A stretch of DNA of 64,000 bases from Eledone cirrhosa (Eukaryota), in contig OZ024746.1 of NCBI GenBank assembly GCA_964016885.1, positions 74,834,001-74,898,000 on the forward strand, in the 5' to 3' direction. This document shows, one piece after another, positions 26,511 through 40,875 of the stretch. The position numbers and the translations under genes are program-made. Numbering within the stretch: the stretch's first letter is position 1; every line of letters starts with the position of its first letter. The notes below the pieces were generated by a model that was not told the origin of the DNA, did no database searches, and saw only the letters and a list, made by a program, of their open reading frames with translations.

Positions 26511-26997
26511 TACACACACATATATATATATTCATTTATATACACTTTTAACATACACACACATGTACACCTGATCATACATTTCTCCTCCCATTTCTTC
26601 TTCTCTCCCCTCCATCTCTTGCTAACCCTGTCCGCCACACCCTTCCCCTATCCTTTACTTATTGATTACCTTATAATTGCCAATCAGGGAACTTTTTTCC
26701 AATTTCATTACATATTTTACTTATTAGAAGAAAAAATAATCTAGTGTGAGATTGGGGGCAAAATATAAATATATTAAAACATAAGCACAGAGACACCCAC
26801 ACACACACATATGCACAAACATACATACATGCATTCATACATGCATACATATATATATACATACACACGTACACATATATATATATATATATACATATAT
26901 ATATACATATATCCATATATATACATATATATACATATATATACAAATATTTGCGGAACACTGTTAGCTTCTCGCAACAACAATTTCTATACTTTTC

Positions 26998-27046
<49 letters not shown>

Positions 27047-27696
27047 CGTATATACATAATATATATACTTACATACTTATATGCTTACATTCATACCTAA
27101 GACAAGAATGCACACACATACATAATAATACATATACAGATGCATGCAGATATTCAGGCTCATATATATATATATACACATACATTCACACATATACAAA
27201 TACATATATACACATATACATACATACACATATACATACATACACATATACATACATATGCAGATATATACCTGGTCACATATGCACATGGATGCATATG
27301 CACATGCATATACAAATACAAATTTTATGTTTTTGTTTGCAAAAACATAAATGTACAGACTCATGCACATAAGTATATTAATATGTATGGTGGGAAACAC
27401 ATGAATATAACAAACAGCTATGATCTTAAGAGATTTGCATGCTTTGATTCCCATCAGTAGGTTCATAGTTCATTATTTTTTCCCTATATAATTGTTGCTT
27501 ACAAATGTAACTTGGTGATTGTATGTATAATGTTGTGCATGTTTTGAATTCTTTTTCAGTGAACGATACTGTAGCTCTGCCACTAATACTCTACTACTTT
27601 ATTGTATTGAGTTCTATTTCTTTCATTTGTAAAACCAAGCATGTATCTATGCATACATAATACACACACACAAATGCATATATATATATATATATA

Positions 27697-28073
27697 AGGC
27701 GGGTAAAATTCCCGAGATCCATGGACGAGTTCTCTCCAGCGGTCTCTGTGCCTCATTATCGCTGCCATGTCCTGCGTCTCCAACAGACCAGTGTCTGTCC
27801 TTAGGGCATCAACATACGTTAACCTTGGTCTTCCTCTTCTAGTGTGTCCATGTAGGGGCTCCCACAGGAGCACTGAGTGCAATGTCAACTCTGGATATCG
27901 GTGAGCATGTCCAGCTAACCTCAGTCTCATCTGTGTCACTTTTGAGCTGACTTTTGGGATGCTCCCATACAGCTCTGAGTTTTTCATCCTCAGTGTATAC
28001 TGATTAATGTTCAGAGACATCCTCAGCATTCTCGTGTAGCACCCATCCACCATCCGAGTGAGTTTCTTGGTCA
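27697..28073 (-). mobile_element. RTE-clade LINE 3' fragment, distinct family, flanked by (TA)n
   Basis: Translation DGCYTRMLR...RLRLAGHAHR...LLWEP...RGRPRLTYVD...RDRWR is a typical RTE C-terminus. Confidence 0.88.
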
Positions 28074-28096
28074 TATATATATATATATATATATAA

Positions 28097-28390
28097 GGTT
28101 GTGAGTTCAATTCTCAGACCGGGTGATGTGTTGTTTCCTTGAGCAAGACACTTTATTTCACATTGCTCCAGTTTACTCAGCTGTAGAAATGAGATGATAG
28201 GACTGGGGTCCCTATCATTCCACTATAAAGTGGTCGTGGAGGTACCACGACAAAAAAGCACACAGCACTCACTGTAAATGAGGTTGGTGTTAGGAAGGGC
28301 ATCCAGCTGTAGAAATCAAGCTAGAATTAGATCCCGTCCCACCCTTGCAAGCAGGGAAAAGTGGACGTAAAATGATGATGATGATGGTGA
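28097..28390 (+). mobile_element. SINE family C, 5'-truncated
   Basis: Starts just upstream of the B box; CORE-like body and tail. Confidence 0.9.
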
Positions 28391-28454
28391 TATATATATA
28401 TATGCATGCTAAAAGGGAAAACGGACATTAAAACAACAATGATGATGATGCTAT

Positions 28455-28505
<51 letters not shown>

Positions 28506-28616
28506 GATATATATGCTGCGACCAACTGGCCAAACTTGTCTAATAGTGGACGACACATTTTACCCAACCAAGCATGGAAAAATAGATGTTAAATGGTGAT
28601 GATGGTGGTGATGATG

Positions 28617-28649
<33 letters not shown>

Positions 28650-30304
28650 ATTGTGTGTGTATACATACATCGTCATCATAACTATTTTATGTCTATTCTC
28701 CATGTATATGTGTCCCAGTACTTTGTCTTTAGATTGGCGCTCTATTTTTTGAACTGCTAAGTTATGAGGCATAAACAAACAATACCGACATATACACAGA
28801 CACGTACACACATACATGCATATGTCTGTATATATAATATTTATATGTAGTTCATAAGAAAGACAGTATTTAGCTTTAATTTGTGTTTAAATGCTGCAAT
28901 AGAACTCTTAGAATATCTGAAATATGGTTCATTAGATATAGAATGAAAAGTAAAGAAACTGGTTGTGTGTACAAATGATTTCACTATACTCTTCCATGCC
29001 AAAAGTTGTCTGTGACATGTACCAGGACATGTAATGCAAGTAGATGGTGCATACTTGATGGAAGATGGCATGTGGTGATATAAGAAGGCCTATGAAGTAA
29101 TGGCGGTGGTGAGCTGAGAAATTTTGGATGGAGTAATTAGTACCAGGCTTGGGAATATGATAATGAGCAGATGCTATATTCTAGACAAATTCCAGCACAC
29201 CATGCATCATTCCCATTTTCTTTGGATATTAATATTTGTTTCTGGCAGATCTAACACACTGCAGGGTTTAACACTACCACCTGGTTCTTGAGTGCTTTTA
29301 GCAGAGTTTACTCTTTTTCAAGTATTCAGATAAGACCCTCTAGTTACCTCCCAGCACCACCCACCTTCTTAGTTATTTTTCTTTCCTGCAGGCACCAACC
29401 TCCAAATGTTAAGGCTCAACATTAACTAGATCAATATCACCAGTATGCATGGATGGGGAAGGCATTGGCCAAATGCACATCTCCTCCACCTCCTCTCCTC
29501 ACTGGCTCAAATATTGGTAATTTAGCGGAAGAAGTATAAGGATGTGTGATCCTTATGCTTTTCCTAATAACATTTAAAACAGAATTGAAACAAACGTATA
29601 AGAATTATTGTAGTGTCAGCTAACAAAGTGTTTAGCACCTTACTACACACAACACTACATTATCTCTCAGATATAATAACAATTTAATTGCTCTATGAGT
29701 AGCTAACTTCTATATCTTTAATGCCTGTGTAGCTGTAGTCCTATCTCAATATCATTTTTACTTCCAGGATTATATCAAGTGTGAATGTCAAGAAATTGCT
29801 TTTACTTTGGGAATAGCTTTATCTAATTCCTCTTCTTTCATTTTTCTACAACACTTGACATTATACATTAATTTCTGAAAGTCATTTTGACTTAAACATA
29901 TTCTGTCATTTAAATTTTTAGCACATGTTCAGCCCTATCAGTTTTATTTCACTTTAATTCACCCAACATGTCTTCTATTTGTGTGTATATAGTCTACTGC
30001 CATATAGTATATTATTCTTAGTACAGTCTTTAATCTATTTATTTTTGATCTAACTCTAATGGTTATAGAAGCATGCAGATATCTAGTTAAGGTGCTGTGT
30101 AATCTTACCATTGTATTTGTGATGTATCTCCAGGCAAGTCAGATTACTCTGTATGCCTCAGTAAACCTTTGTACCATTCTAACTTTATTTCTGTTTGGTA
30201 AAGGGTTGGTATTCTGAAGATAATTATAACTGGCTGTATAGCAGATAGCTGCATGCAACTAACTGTCTCTCTTATCTGATCAAGACACTGAGACCATATA
30301 TATG

Positions 30305-30352
<48 letters not shown>

Positions 30353-30576
30353 TAAATATGTGTGTTTGTGTGTGTATATATATATACACCTACTAAAGTA
30401 GCCAGATAACAGGAATTTCCTCTATTGGACCAACATCTGTGCTGGTTTGTTAACTCAAGGAGCTGTAGATGTATCACATTGACTAAAAACATTAACTTTG
30501 CCTCTGACTCAACATGTATAACCTCAGGATCTGTATGAGAATAAACAAGGGAAAGGTATTTGCCACTGTATGAAGA

Positions 30577-30830
30577 TGCATGGCTTAGTAGTTAGGATGT
30601 TGGACTTACAATAATGTCAGGCGTTCAATTCCTGGACCGAATGGCTCATTGTGTTCTTTAGCAAAACATTTCACATTGCTCCAGTACACACAACTGAAAA
30701 ACAGAACCAGTAGTAGCTGGGAATTAAACCTATGATGGATTTGCATCCTGTCTAGGGGAGACTGTTTTACTCTTAGTGGCTTTAATCCAAGGAAGCCATG
30801 ATAAGCACCAGTCTGATAAGAATCTGGGTT
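30577..30830 (+). mobile_element. Degraded tRNA-CORE-like SINE
   Basis: TGGCTTAGTAGTTAG, GTTCAATTCC, TTTCACATTGCTCCAG. Confidence 0.6.
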
Positions 30831-31402
30831 TGGGACAGACTTTAACATTATTTTTTATTTGTCCCTGTATTCAAGATAACCAAACGCTATGCAATGGAGC
30901 AAAGAGTGTTATAAAGGAACACGATGGAGCAAATAATGTAGTTGAAGATACATACATTGTGTGGGTGATCTGTGAGACTTACTCGTACAACTATCAAAAT
31001 GTTTGTTTGTTTAGTTATCCCAAGTATTAAACTGGACTGATAGAGTTTGCTGAACTGCAATGTTTATCATCAACATTGCTACCCCTTCTCCTCCCCATCA
31101 TTATCATCATCATCATCATCATCATCATTATCGTTTCCATCTTCCTCACCACTGCAGCCATTGCCACCACGAATGTAACATCTTCTGAATCAGAGCTGAC
31201 CTAGGGCTAAACATCCAACTTGCGCCAGTATGTTCCTCTTATTCAGCTAAAAATTGAATAAGTTCTGACAGTTTTGAAGCCCATATTCATTCAAAACACA
31301 TTTTAAAAAAAACAATAGGAAAAATATATTTCACCTCCAAAGAGAAACTGATGAAATAATAACATCCAAAATAATATTTTAGCATATTATTTATGTAGAA
31401 TT

Positions 31403-31596
31403 GGATTGGCAGTATCGGTAGAGGGTCGGACGCCATGCTTTGACGCAAAGAGTTACAGCCCTGAGTTACATCCCTTTCCATTCTGAGTTCAAATCGCGCC
31501 GAGGTTAACTTTGCCTTTCATCCTTACGGGGGTCGATAAAATAAAGTACCAGTAATACACTGGGTAATTGCTGGCCTTGTGCCAAAAGTAGAAACA
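31403..31596 (+). mobile_element. SINE family M
   Basis: 17-bp TSD ATTATTTATGTAGAATT at 31386 and 31597. Confidence 0.9.
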
Positions 31597-32399
31597 ATTA
31601 TTTATGTAGAATTTGAAGTTGGTGAAAATCGACAGAATATTGACCTCGAATATAAGTCGACCCCTCCCCCCCCCCATTAACATTGATTTTTTTTTTTTTT
31701 TGTCACATATTTCTCACTATACAAGTATTTCTCAGTATACAAGTATCTACTGTATACGTTAAAGTTTCAGGTTTTTGATCCTCATACAACCTAAGAATAT
31801 ATTTATGTATACTTGGGGGCAGTGAATTAGCAGTATGAATTGAGTGTCAGAAGAAATGGTTTGTGGTATTTAGTTATAACATTTTACAACCTCATTTCAA
31901 ATCCTGGTGGCTCGCCTTTGCCTTTCATTCTTCCAGTTTGACAAAATAAAGTATCTGTTAAATTGCTGGGCTTGAGCCAATGTTAGAACATGTATATTCA
32001 GTTCCAGTGTCCAATAAAGAAGTCTTTACATATACATATATAGATGAATAGGAAAATATATTACTCAAACCAGTATTATTTTAATGGCTGCCAAATCATT
32101 TATGCATTTCATTTAATAAATTTTAAGTACATTTAACTTTTAGCTCCTTAACATTGTATAAGAATACAAGTGGTCCCTTCTTCACTTCCATCCCAGTATC
32201 TGTATGTATAGGTATGCATATGTATGTGTGTGTGAATGTGACTGTTATGACTATGTATTTATTTTACATACTTAATGTGTGTATTCCTTACTCCCACCCT
32301 TCTTCATGTCTGTATATATATATATGTGTGTACATATGTATGTATGTATATGTATATATATATATATATATATATACACATTCATACATACATAGACAT

Positions 32400-32466
<67 letters not shown>

Positions 32467-32820
32467 CATATTTGGATGCACCCACACACAGACACACTCA
32501 CACATATGTGTATGTGTGTTATTATGCTTCTCACACACTTGTCACTCAATGACTGCATTGCCCTAACCCTATCTGTAAAACATTAGAGCATTTTCTTTGC
32601 TCTTAATCTTTACTTACTAATTTGCTTATCTCCAACTGCAGCATTTTATATATCCCCTGCACCCCATCTCGCCCACTGCCACCAACACCACTTCCACAAC
32701 CACCATAAACACTATACTCTATCACCACCACCGCTACTACCACCAATACAACCATCTCACCCTATCACCACCACAACCGCCGCCACACTCTGTCTCCACT
32801 AGTATGAGTGTAGTGGTTGT

Positions 32821-32942
32821 GTGATAGTGGTAAGGGTGGTTGTAATGGTAGTAGTGAGTATAGTGGTTGTGTTGGTAGTAGTGACTACCAACACAACCAC
32901 CATACTCACTTCTACCATTACAACCACCCTTACCACTATCAC
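32821..32942. repeat. About 59-bp-arm palindrome inside an (ACC/ACT)-rich low-complexity tract
   Basis: 32821-32879 is the reverse complement of 32884-32942 with 2 mismatches. Confidence 0.88.
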
Positions 32943-33046
32943 CACTAACTGTACTACCAACACAGTTACTCCACTTACTACCACCCGCTACCACCTTCTC
33001 TACCTTCAGTAACAGACCACTGCCACAACAACCATTATTAGGACTA

Positions 33047-33146
33047 TCCGAGGTTAACTTTGCCTTTCATCCTTACGGAGTCGATAAAATAAAGTACCAG
33101 TAATGTACTAGGATAATTGCTGGCCTTGTGCCAAAAGTAGAAACAA
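33047..33146 (+). mobile_element. SINE family M, 5'-truncated
   Basis: Meta-like core and tail; ATTATTAGGA on both sides. Confidence 0.85.
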
Positions 33147-33718
33147 TTATTAGGATTATAACCACCACCTACACAGCCACCATCCACCCCTACTACTACC
33201 ACTACTGCCACCACCACCACTACTACCACTATCGCCACCACCACCACCACTACTACCACCACTACTGCCACTATTGCCACCACCACCACTACCACTACAC
33301 CTACCATCACCACCACCACCATCTCCACCACCTTCTGTCATCTCAAACAATTTCATGTGGCTATGGCTTCATACATACGCACACAAAGATATATACAAAC
33401 ATACATATGTACACACACACATAGATACATACAGTCATACATACACACATATATACATACATTGATACATACACACATAGATACATACATTCATACATAC
33501 ACATATAGATATACATACATTCATAAATATCCTTCTTTGATTCACCAATATAGAATTTCCTGTTTTGCCCCTCTCCACTTCCTTCCCTGATTATATACAC
33601 TGATAGAGCCCTTTAATAGTCTTTATCAACAGAAAGGGGACAACTTTATTTTAAACATGACATTTCTATTCCATTCTCTTGTAGACACTGCTTTTACTTT
33701 TGTTCATCCATCCATCTA

Positions 33719-33750
<32 letters not shown>

Positions 33751-33984
33751 GTTGATGATGTTGCTGTTGTTTTTGTTGCTACTGCTGATCTTATTGTTCT
33801 TGTTGTTGTTGATGTTTCTTCTGCTGTTCTTGTTATTGTTGTTGTTGTTGCTGCTGCTGCAGTCCTTTGATATAAAAAATGTCAAATTCTTTGTTTAATC
33901 TTTTACATCCTTTTTAGCTTTTATATATATTCCCATATATGTTTCCTTCTATCTCATAATCATCAAATAGTAAACCAAATCATT

Positions 33985-34125
33985 AGGAAGTTTGCTTCAC
34001 AATCATCAGGTCCCTGGTTCAATCCCATTGCGTGGTGTCTTGGGCAAGTGTAATTTGCCATAGACTTGGGTCATCCCAAGCCTTGTGAGTGAAATTGTGT
34101 AGATAGAAACTGTTTGGAAGCTCCT
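33985..34125 (+). mobile_element. Old tRNA-derived SINE (third family)
   Basis: GGTTCAATCCC B box and CTTGGGCAAGTG CORE-like motif; related decayed copy at about 1780-1920. Confidence 0.55.
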
Positions 34126-34300
34126 CAGATGAATTGTGCCTGTTATTCAAAAGGCCAACCAGGTCACACACTGTGTCTCACTGAATCTCCCTGAAAATTA
34201 CATTAATGGTACACATGTCTGAGGAATGCTCAGCCACTTACTTACTCATACATTCATTTCATTGTAGGTTGTTCATGTGCCATTGAATGTATCTATCTAC

Positions 34301-34346
<46 letters not shown>

Positions 34347-34347
<1 letters not shown>

Positions 34348-34770
34348 AGGTTTATTATACTATGATCATTTCAATGACCGGGTTCCGTATGAATCCGGTG
34401 ATATCATCAGGTATTCGAAATATAATACGTGAATGTAATAGATAAAATCCATGGGGCTGAAAATCGAGGACCCGAGGGCGACCGCTATTCTGTTCCTTCA
34501 ACCTCAGCCGGTCGCCCTGGAGCGACGTGGCTAAAGTCATACGGAACCCGGTCATTGAAATGATCATAGTATAATAAACCTTTCAAGGATTTACACAAAT
34601 CCAGCCTCCTGTCATTTCATTATAATATTTAACTCCGTACTAGCACCACCAACTACAAAAACAAAGACGGTTGAGCTGCTTTACGTTGAGTACTCTCCAT
34701 ATTATTGCATTAAGATTGACCATACGGAATAGACCAGCTCTATCCAGTGGTGAACCTCAAACCTGAATAA
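34347..34770 (+). mobile_element. Asymmetric inverted-repeat element in (TA)n (terminal IR plus internal IR plus long tail)
   Basis: Perfect 46-bp IR 34347-34392 and 34537-34582; inner GC hairpin AGGGCGACC/GGTCGCCCT; CpG-rich relative to flanks. Confidence 0.7.
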
Positions 34771-35261
<491 letters not shown>

Positions 35262-35573
35262 TAAGTTATTTAGTAAGGTTTATTAATTATTGTCGGTGGC
35301 ACCAATCCAAGCACTCAATGCTGCCTCTTGAACAAAGATATTTCAGTAAAAAGTGTGCTCCTCACACAATATCAGTGTATTATAAGTTTGTAGTCAGCAG
35401 AGTGTGTACATTATGTATGAAAGAACAAGGTTTCACTTTAAAATATTTTTTATTCATTATTGGACAGGACATATTTTGCAGATGATCAGCTATAGATTTC
35501 AATTGATATGATAGACCTGTCTCCAATATCGATCCATTCATCTGACATGTAGATATTAATCAAAATATGTCCA

Positions 35574-35613
<40 letters not shown>

Positions 35614-35993
35614 TGTGTAATTCAAAATCTGAGCCAAAGTGACATAGTCAAACAGTGAAAAACATATACACATCCCTATATCATCAGCTGTCTGCTGGAG
35701 ATCACCACAATTTTGATGAATTAAGAAAGAAACATTCACTCTAGTGCACCAGAGATTGCAACACAACAAGACATGACAACAGCATATGGTAAAATACAGT
35801 ACTGTGAATTTTTTTGATTCAGTTGACATGAAAACGATCTAAAACATTTACATACAAATCCCAGGGCACTCTGTACTAATGAAAAAATGCATTAACAAGA
35901 TACAATGTGTGTGCAACAATTTAGCCTGGAGGAAATGAATAAGAAAAAAAAATATTTTCAGGCATAAGTTCTGGAGCTGACATGGCAAGAAGT

Positions 35994-36086
<93 letters not shown>

Positions 36087-36209
36087 TTAGTGCACATAGA
36101 TATGTAGACCAGACTCAAACCTGACCATAATAACCCACCTAACCCATACCAGAAAGTAAAACATGTAAAAAGATGATGATGATAATGATCACCATCATCA
36201 TCATCATGT

Positions 36210-36590
36210 TGAAAGTCTATATCACACCTCCAGTGCAATCTTCTATCTTGCACACTACACCTGATGCCTCCTATTTCTTCATCTCATCTGGGTTACATCA
36301 TTTATGCATACTGACATTACACATCCATATGAGCATGCTCACTATTTTTCTCTCCTGCTTTCACATTATCCCCTGCAGTCTTTGCCTAATCACATTAACA
36401 TGCAGCATTGCACTTCGTACATAGGCATTATACAATCTCCTGTTTATTGGAAGATGATGCTTTTATTGTCAACAGAAGTAGTAGCTCCCTGAAATTTACC
36501 CATCCTGTCCTTATCCTGATAACTATGCTTTTAAACCATGTTCTTCCGCTGCTAATTAGGTCACCTAAGTAACAGAAGCTATCAACCTTT
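36210..36590 (-). pseudogene. Decayed RTE ORF fragment
   Basis: Reverse strand reads [14 protein letters not shown]...RIRTGWVNFRELL, homologous to 55320-55700. Confidence 0.8.
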
Positions 36591-36613
36591 TTTATTCAGC
36601 CTTACTGGGAATA

Positions 36614-36646
<33 letters not shown>

Positions 36647-36982
36647 TGGAGGCTTAGTAAAATCGAATCTTTGGCTGTGAGCAAGCAAATTCGACCTACA
36701 ATATTAGCAAAGCACTCGATAAGGGTAGGAGGTCCTTAGAGTAATAACATACGTTTAAATAGCTTGACAAATTGAACATTGTGGTAGGCAAAACCCAATA
36801 CACAATACCAAAGTAACAAAAAAACTAACAGGTTGAAAAAATACACCTGGACAATTCAAACATTTTACGTTTAAAGTGTTTCTATGAATCCGAAATCAAA
36901 TATCAGACTTACGTAACTGGCAAGCTCGTAGTATTCATGATCGAACAGAGGACTCATTTCATCAATATATATATACATATAT

Positions 36983-37499
36983 ATTTCTTTAAGTTGTTTG
37001 GAAGCCTCGACAATGCAGATGGGTAAATCTCCGGGTAACAAGATCCGGTGGTGGAGAGAGAGATGTAAGTGGGTGTACGTTGAGATGCGTGGCGTGTAGA
37101 AGGCTGTAGCGTGTAGAAGAATGTAGGAAAGAGCGTAAAGGATAAAAATAAAAATAAAAACACGAGATAGAGTTACCTTGGGAGAGATTTAATTGTCCCT
37201 ATATATTTCAGATTCACATCCATCAACTGGGGTTTTTTCCGGGGCGGGGGCGGGGGGGGTTAACTCTATCTCGTGTTTTTATTTTTATTTTTATTTTTAT
37301 CCTTTATGCTCTTTCCTACATTCTTCTACACGCTACAGTCTTCTACATGCCATGCATCTCAATGTACACCCACTTACATCTCTCTCTCCACCACTGGATC
37401 TTGTTACCCGGAGATTTACTCATCTGCATTGTCGAGGCTTCCAAACGACTTAAAGAAATTTACCTTATTATTCCACAATGCTTCAAGCAAACTTCAATG

Positions 37500-37504
<5 letters not shown>
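36983..37504 (+). mobile_element. Fold-back element with about 195-bp arms plus 45-bp tail in (TA)n
   Basis: Arms 36983-37175 and 37261-37459 (8 substitutions, one 6-bp indel). Confidence 0.75.
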
Positions 37505-37547
<43 letters not shown>

Positions 37548-37659
37548 TATGTGGCTGACTAAATATGCATATGTATTTTGTTTCTCAATTTCTTTTTCAG
37601 TTCCTTCCTCTTCTCATGCTCTGTTGTTCTATTTCATCTTTTATTTCTCATTCTATCTT

Positions 37660-37690
37660 CTGATGAAGGACTAGTGTCTGAAATGTAACA
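37660..37690 (+). ncRNA. Degenerate minimal hammerhead-like motif
   Basis: CTGATGA-AGGACTAGTGTCT-GAAA-TGTA; stems I and III are weak. Confidence 0.35.
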
Positions 37691-38018
37691 ACACTTTTCC
37701 TAATATATCAAGCGTTAAACTAATATATTTCTTCATTGAACTATGTCATTTGCTCTATTTCTATTTACTTTTTACATATATATAATATAAATAAATATAT
37801 TCTATGACTGGATAAAAAAGAAAGACCTCACTCTGCAATCACATATATTTCTTTTACCATTCCTCTCAGATGTTAAGAACATTCCTAATCTCTGTAAATC
37901 CTTTACATAATTAATTTATTCCTTTTCAATATATTAATCCAATCAGTTTCATTCAAATATTATATTTCTTCAGAAATTTGGCTTTAAGAATTTCATATAC
38001 ATTGTGTATATATACATT

Positions 38019-38054
<36 letters not shown>

Positions 38055-38066
38055 CAAGATACATTT

Positions 38067-38105
<39 letters not shown>

Positions 38106-38748
38106 GGCACACATACCCCCAACAGATAGCTAAGTAAATAAATCAAGAGATACACACTGAGATAAATATAGTAACATATATATATATGGTAATAATAATA
38201 AAATTGAAGACTAAAATCCATATATATATACAATATATAGCACAATAATGTTTTGAACAGTTCTTTGATTCTTATATTTCATATAACTGCTCTGTAAATC
38301 ATCTGATGTTTTTACATTGAGCTACTTAACTTACTGGTAATAAGGTAGTAATACATTACTGCCTACCACTATTTAGGGTGTGTGTAAAATACTTACAACT
38401 GCTTAAGGTTTTGTGTTTACATAACCATAAATAGTATAACTAATACTATATATATACATATATATATATTTCCCCCCACTCTCACCAAGTTTGAAGCTAA
38501 TAACACCATGTAACATTTACTCCTGCATTTGTTTGTTTATTGTTATTTCGAACTATCATCATCATCATCATCATCATTATCATCGTTTAACAATCTATCT
38601 TCCATGCTAGCATGGGTTTAGATGTGAATTGTTCCACTTGAGGCAAGATTGGTCGTCTCGCTCGTATATATATATATATATAGATAAATAAATGATAAAT
38701 AGTAATGACATATATATGTGGGATTATATATATATATATATATATATA

Positions 38749-39266
38749 GCGGCGATGAATTAGTTTTGCGAGGTTTTTTATATGAAATCGTGTGTCGAAA
38801 CAGATATTGTTATATTTGGGGAGGGTCATATTTGCGTAATATTGCCAGAATTAATAACAGAACACACTCACTGTTTGGTTGGTTTTCGCTTCTCGCTGTC
38901 TTTTATATATATATATCTGCGATCTAACTTACTCGGTCCTCAATGTTGCCATTGACTGACCGGCGGTCAAAAATAATACAGATACAATATAGACAAACAC
39001 ATATATATATAGTTTACATAATTTACATAAATCTTTCGTTGCACATCTGCAACATCGTCAGTGGTGTTATATTCATTGTTCCTCCTGTTGTGTTGTATGT
39101 CTACGCCATTTTTTTTTTGTTCTTTTTTTATTCATTGTTCCTCCTGTTAGTTAGATCGCAGATATATATATATAAAAGACAGCGAGAAGCGAAAACCAAC
39201 CAAACAGTGAGTGTGTTCTGTTATTAATTCTGGCAATATTACGCAAATATGACCCTCCCCAAATAT

Positions 39267-39274
<8 letters not shown>
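38749..39274 (-). mobile_element. Fold-back element with perfect about 126-bp arms plus tail, nested in an older palindrome
   Basis: Arms 38804-38929 and 39149-39274; tail 38749-38803; outer IR 38686-38725 and 39297-39336. Confidence 0.8.
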
Positions 39275-39298
<24 letters not shown>

Positions 39299-40039
39299 TC
39301 ACACATATATATGTCATTACTATTTATCATTTATTTTCTCTGCTTGCATCTGAAGTTGCTTGTTACATTCTGAGGCTAAACTGGTCAGCTCATAGGCTTC
39401 CATTTCTATTGTTAAATACTCTTCCTAATGTCAAACACTTTACAGCATGATTTGGGTCACCTGCTCTACTATCTTACAGGATGGATTGAGTGTTTATATC
39501 ATGGCCCCAGTCCCACCTCTTTACAAAATTAGTGTACTCATATCCTCAGCCAGACTAGTGCAAGTGGTAAACTTAGTGAGAGACTAGGACCCTTCTGCTT
39601 CTTCATTACCATAGTCTCCATACATTTTGTCTAGGTTAATTCTATCCCTAATTGTTGTGCTATATCTCTTCCAGGGTGGCAAATTGGTTGAGTTGTTAGA
39701 ACATCAGATAGAATGATTTGCAGTATTCATTCTGGGTTTCTGCTGTCTAAGTACCCATGGAGGTCTATTTTGACTTTCATTCTTTCCAGGTCAATAAAAA
39801 TGTACCAGTCTAGTACTTGGGTCGATTCTTCATCTGTATCTCTTTCTTGCTTCCTCTCGTTCACTTTCTGTCCTACTCTCGAAGCAATCTGTGTTCAGAC
39901 CAGGAGAGGGATGGCTTCTGCCAGGTTTTAAATGCTCAAGAAATGCTGTATGCCACTATGGCACCCCTATGACCCATCAGGAATTCTGGGACACTAATAT
40001 ACCATAACTCATCTAGTAATTTTCATGACCTAGTTCATT

Positions 40040-40875
40040 AATTGCTGCCTCTATAGTTTCCTCTGTTCAGTGCATTTCCTTTTCCCTTGTAGCAGTTGAC
40101 AATGCTGCTATGCCAGTCATTGTGTATGACGCTATCCTGTATTACCTGATTTATTATACGCTAGGTTAGCATATGACTTTCAGCATCTCAGCAACCATAC
40201 CTGACCCAGCTGCTTTGGCCATTATAATTATCTTTCTTACCATACTGCTGCTAATATAGATACATGCCCCTTCTATTGAGTCTACTGGAGACAGACCATC
40301 TTCCTCCTATGCATTCTCCCCATTTAACAGTCTTTTATAATGGCATTTCTATGCTTCTTATTTGTTTTAATGCATTTCATTTTGGACACTATAACATCTT
40401 CATTTTCCCTCACACACTGCCTTGCAATCCTGAATAACTTACACCTATGCTTCTTATGATATAAAACACACACAATCTTCTAACTTGCTGTTTCCCTCCT
40501 TTCCTCCTTGCTAAGTATACTTGGTGCCACACTTTGCTTCTAGCTTCTTGATAATACACCCTACTTCCCCTGTTTTGCCAGTCTTTCCAGGCTTGTTTCT
40601 CATCTCTAATTGCCTCATCTACCCTACTGTTCTACCATCATGTCATCTTTTATTACCTTACACTATCCATAGATTTCTATTACCTTACACTATCCATAGA
40701 TTTCATTTGGAGCCTACAGCAGGTTATCATGCAGGAACCTCTACAGCTTCTATGCTGCAGGCCTCTAATTCATAAATGTCCAGCTGGCGGCTCCCTCAGC
40801 TTCCATCCATGTCCTTCTCCTCCAATTTGCCTTCATCTGTGTGTTCATCTAGCTCCACATTAACTCTGAAATAAC
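40040..40875 (-). pseudogene. Decayed RTE ORF fragment (region upstream of RT)
   Basis: Reverse strand reads [24 protein letters not shown], matching [25 protein letters not shown] of the 53-56 kb ORF; many disablements. Confidence 0.82.

Noticed and set aside
33044-33465. His/Gly/Val/Pro-rich ORFs
   Set aside because: (ACC/ACT)n low-complexity translations
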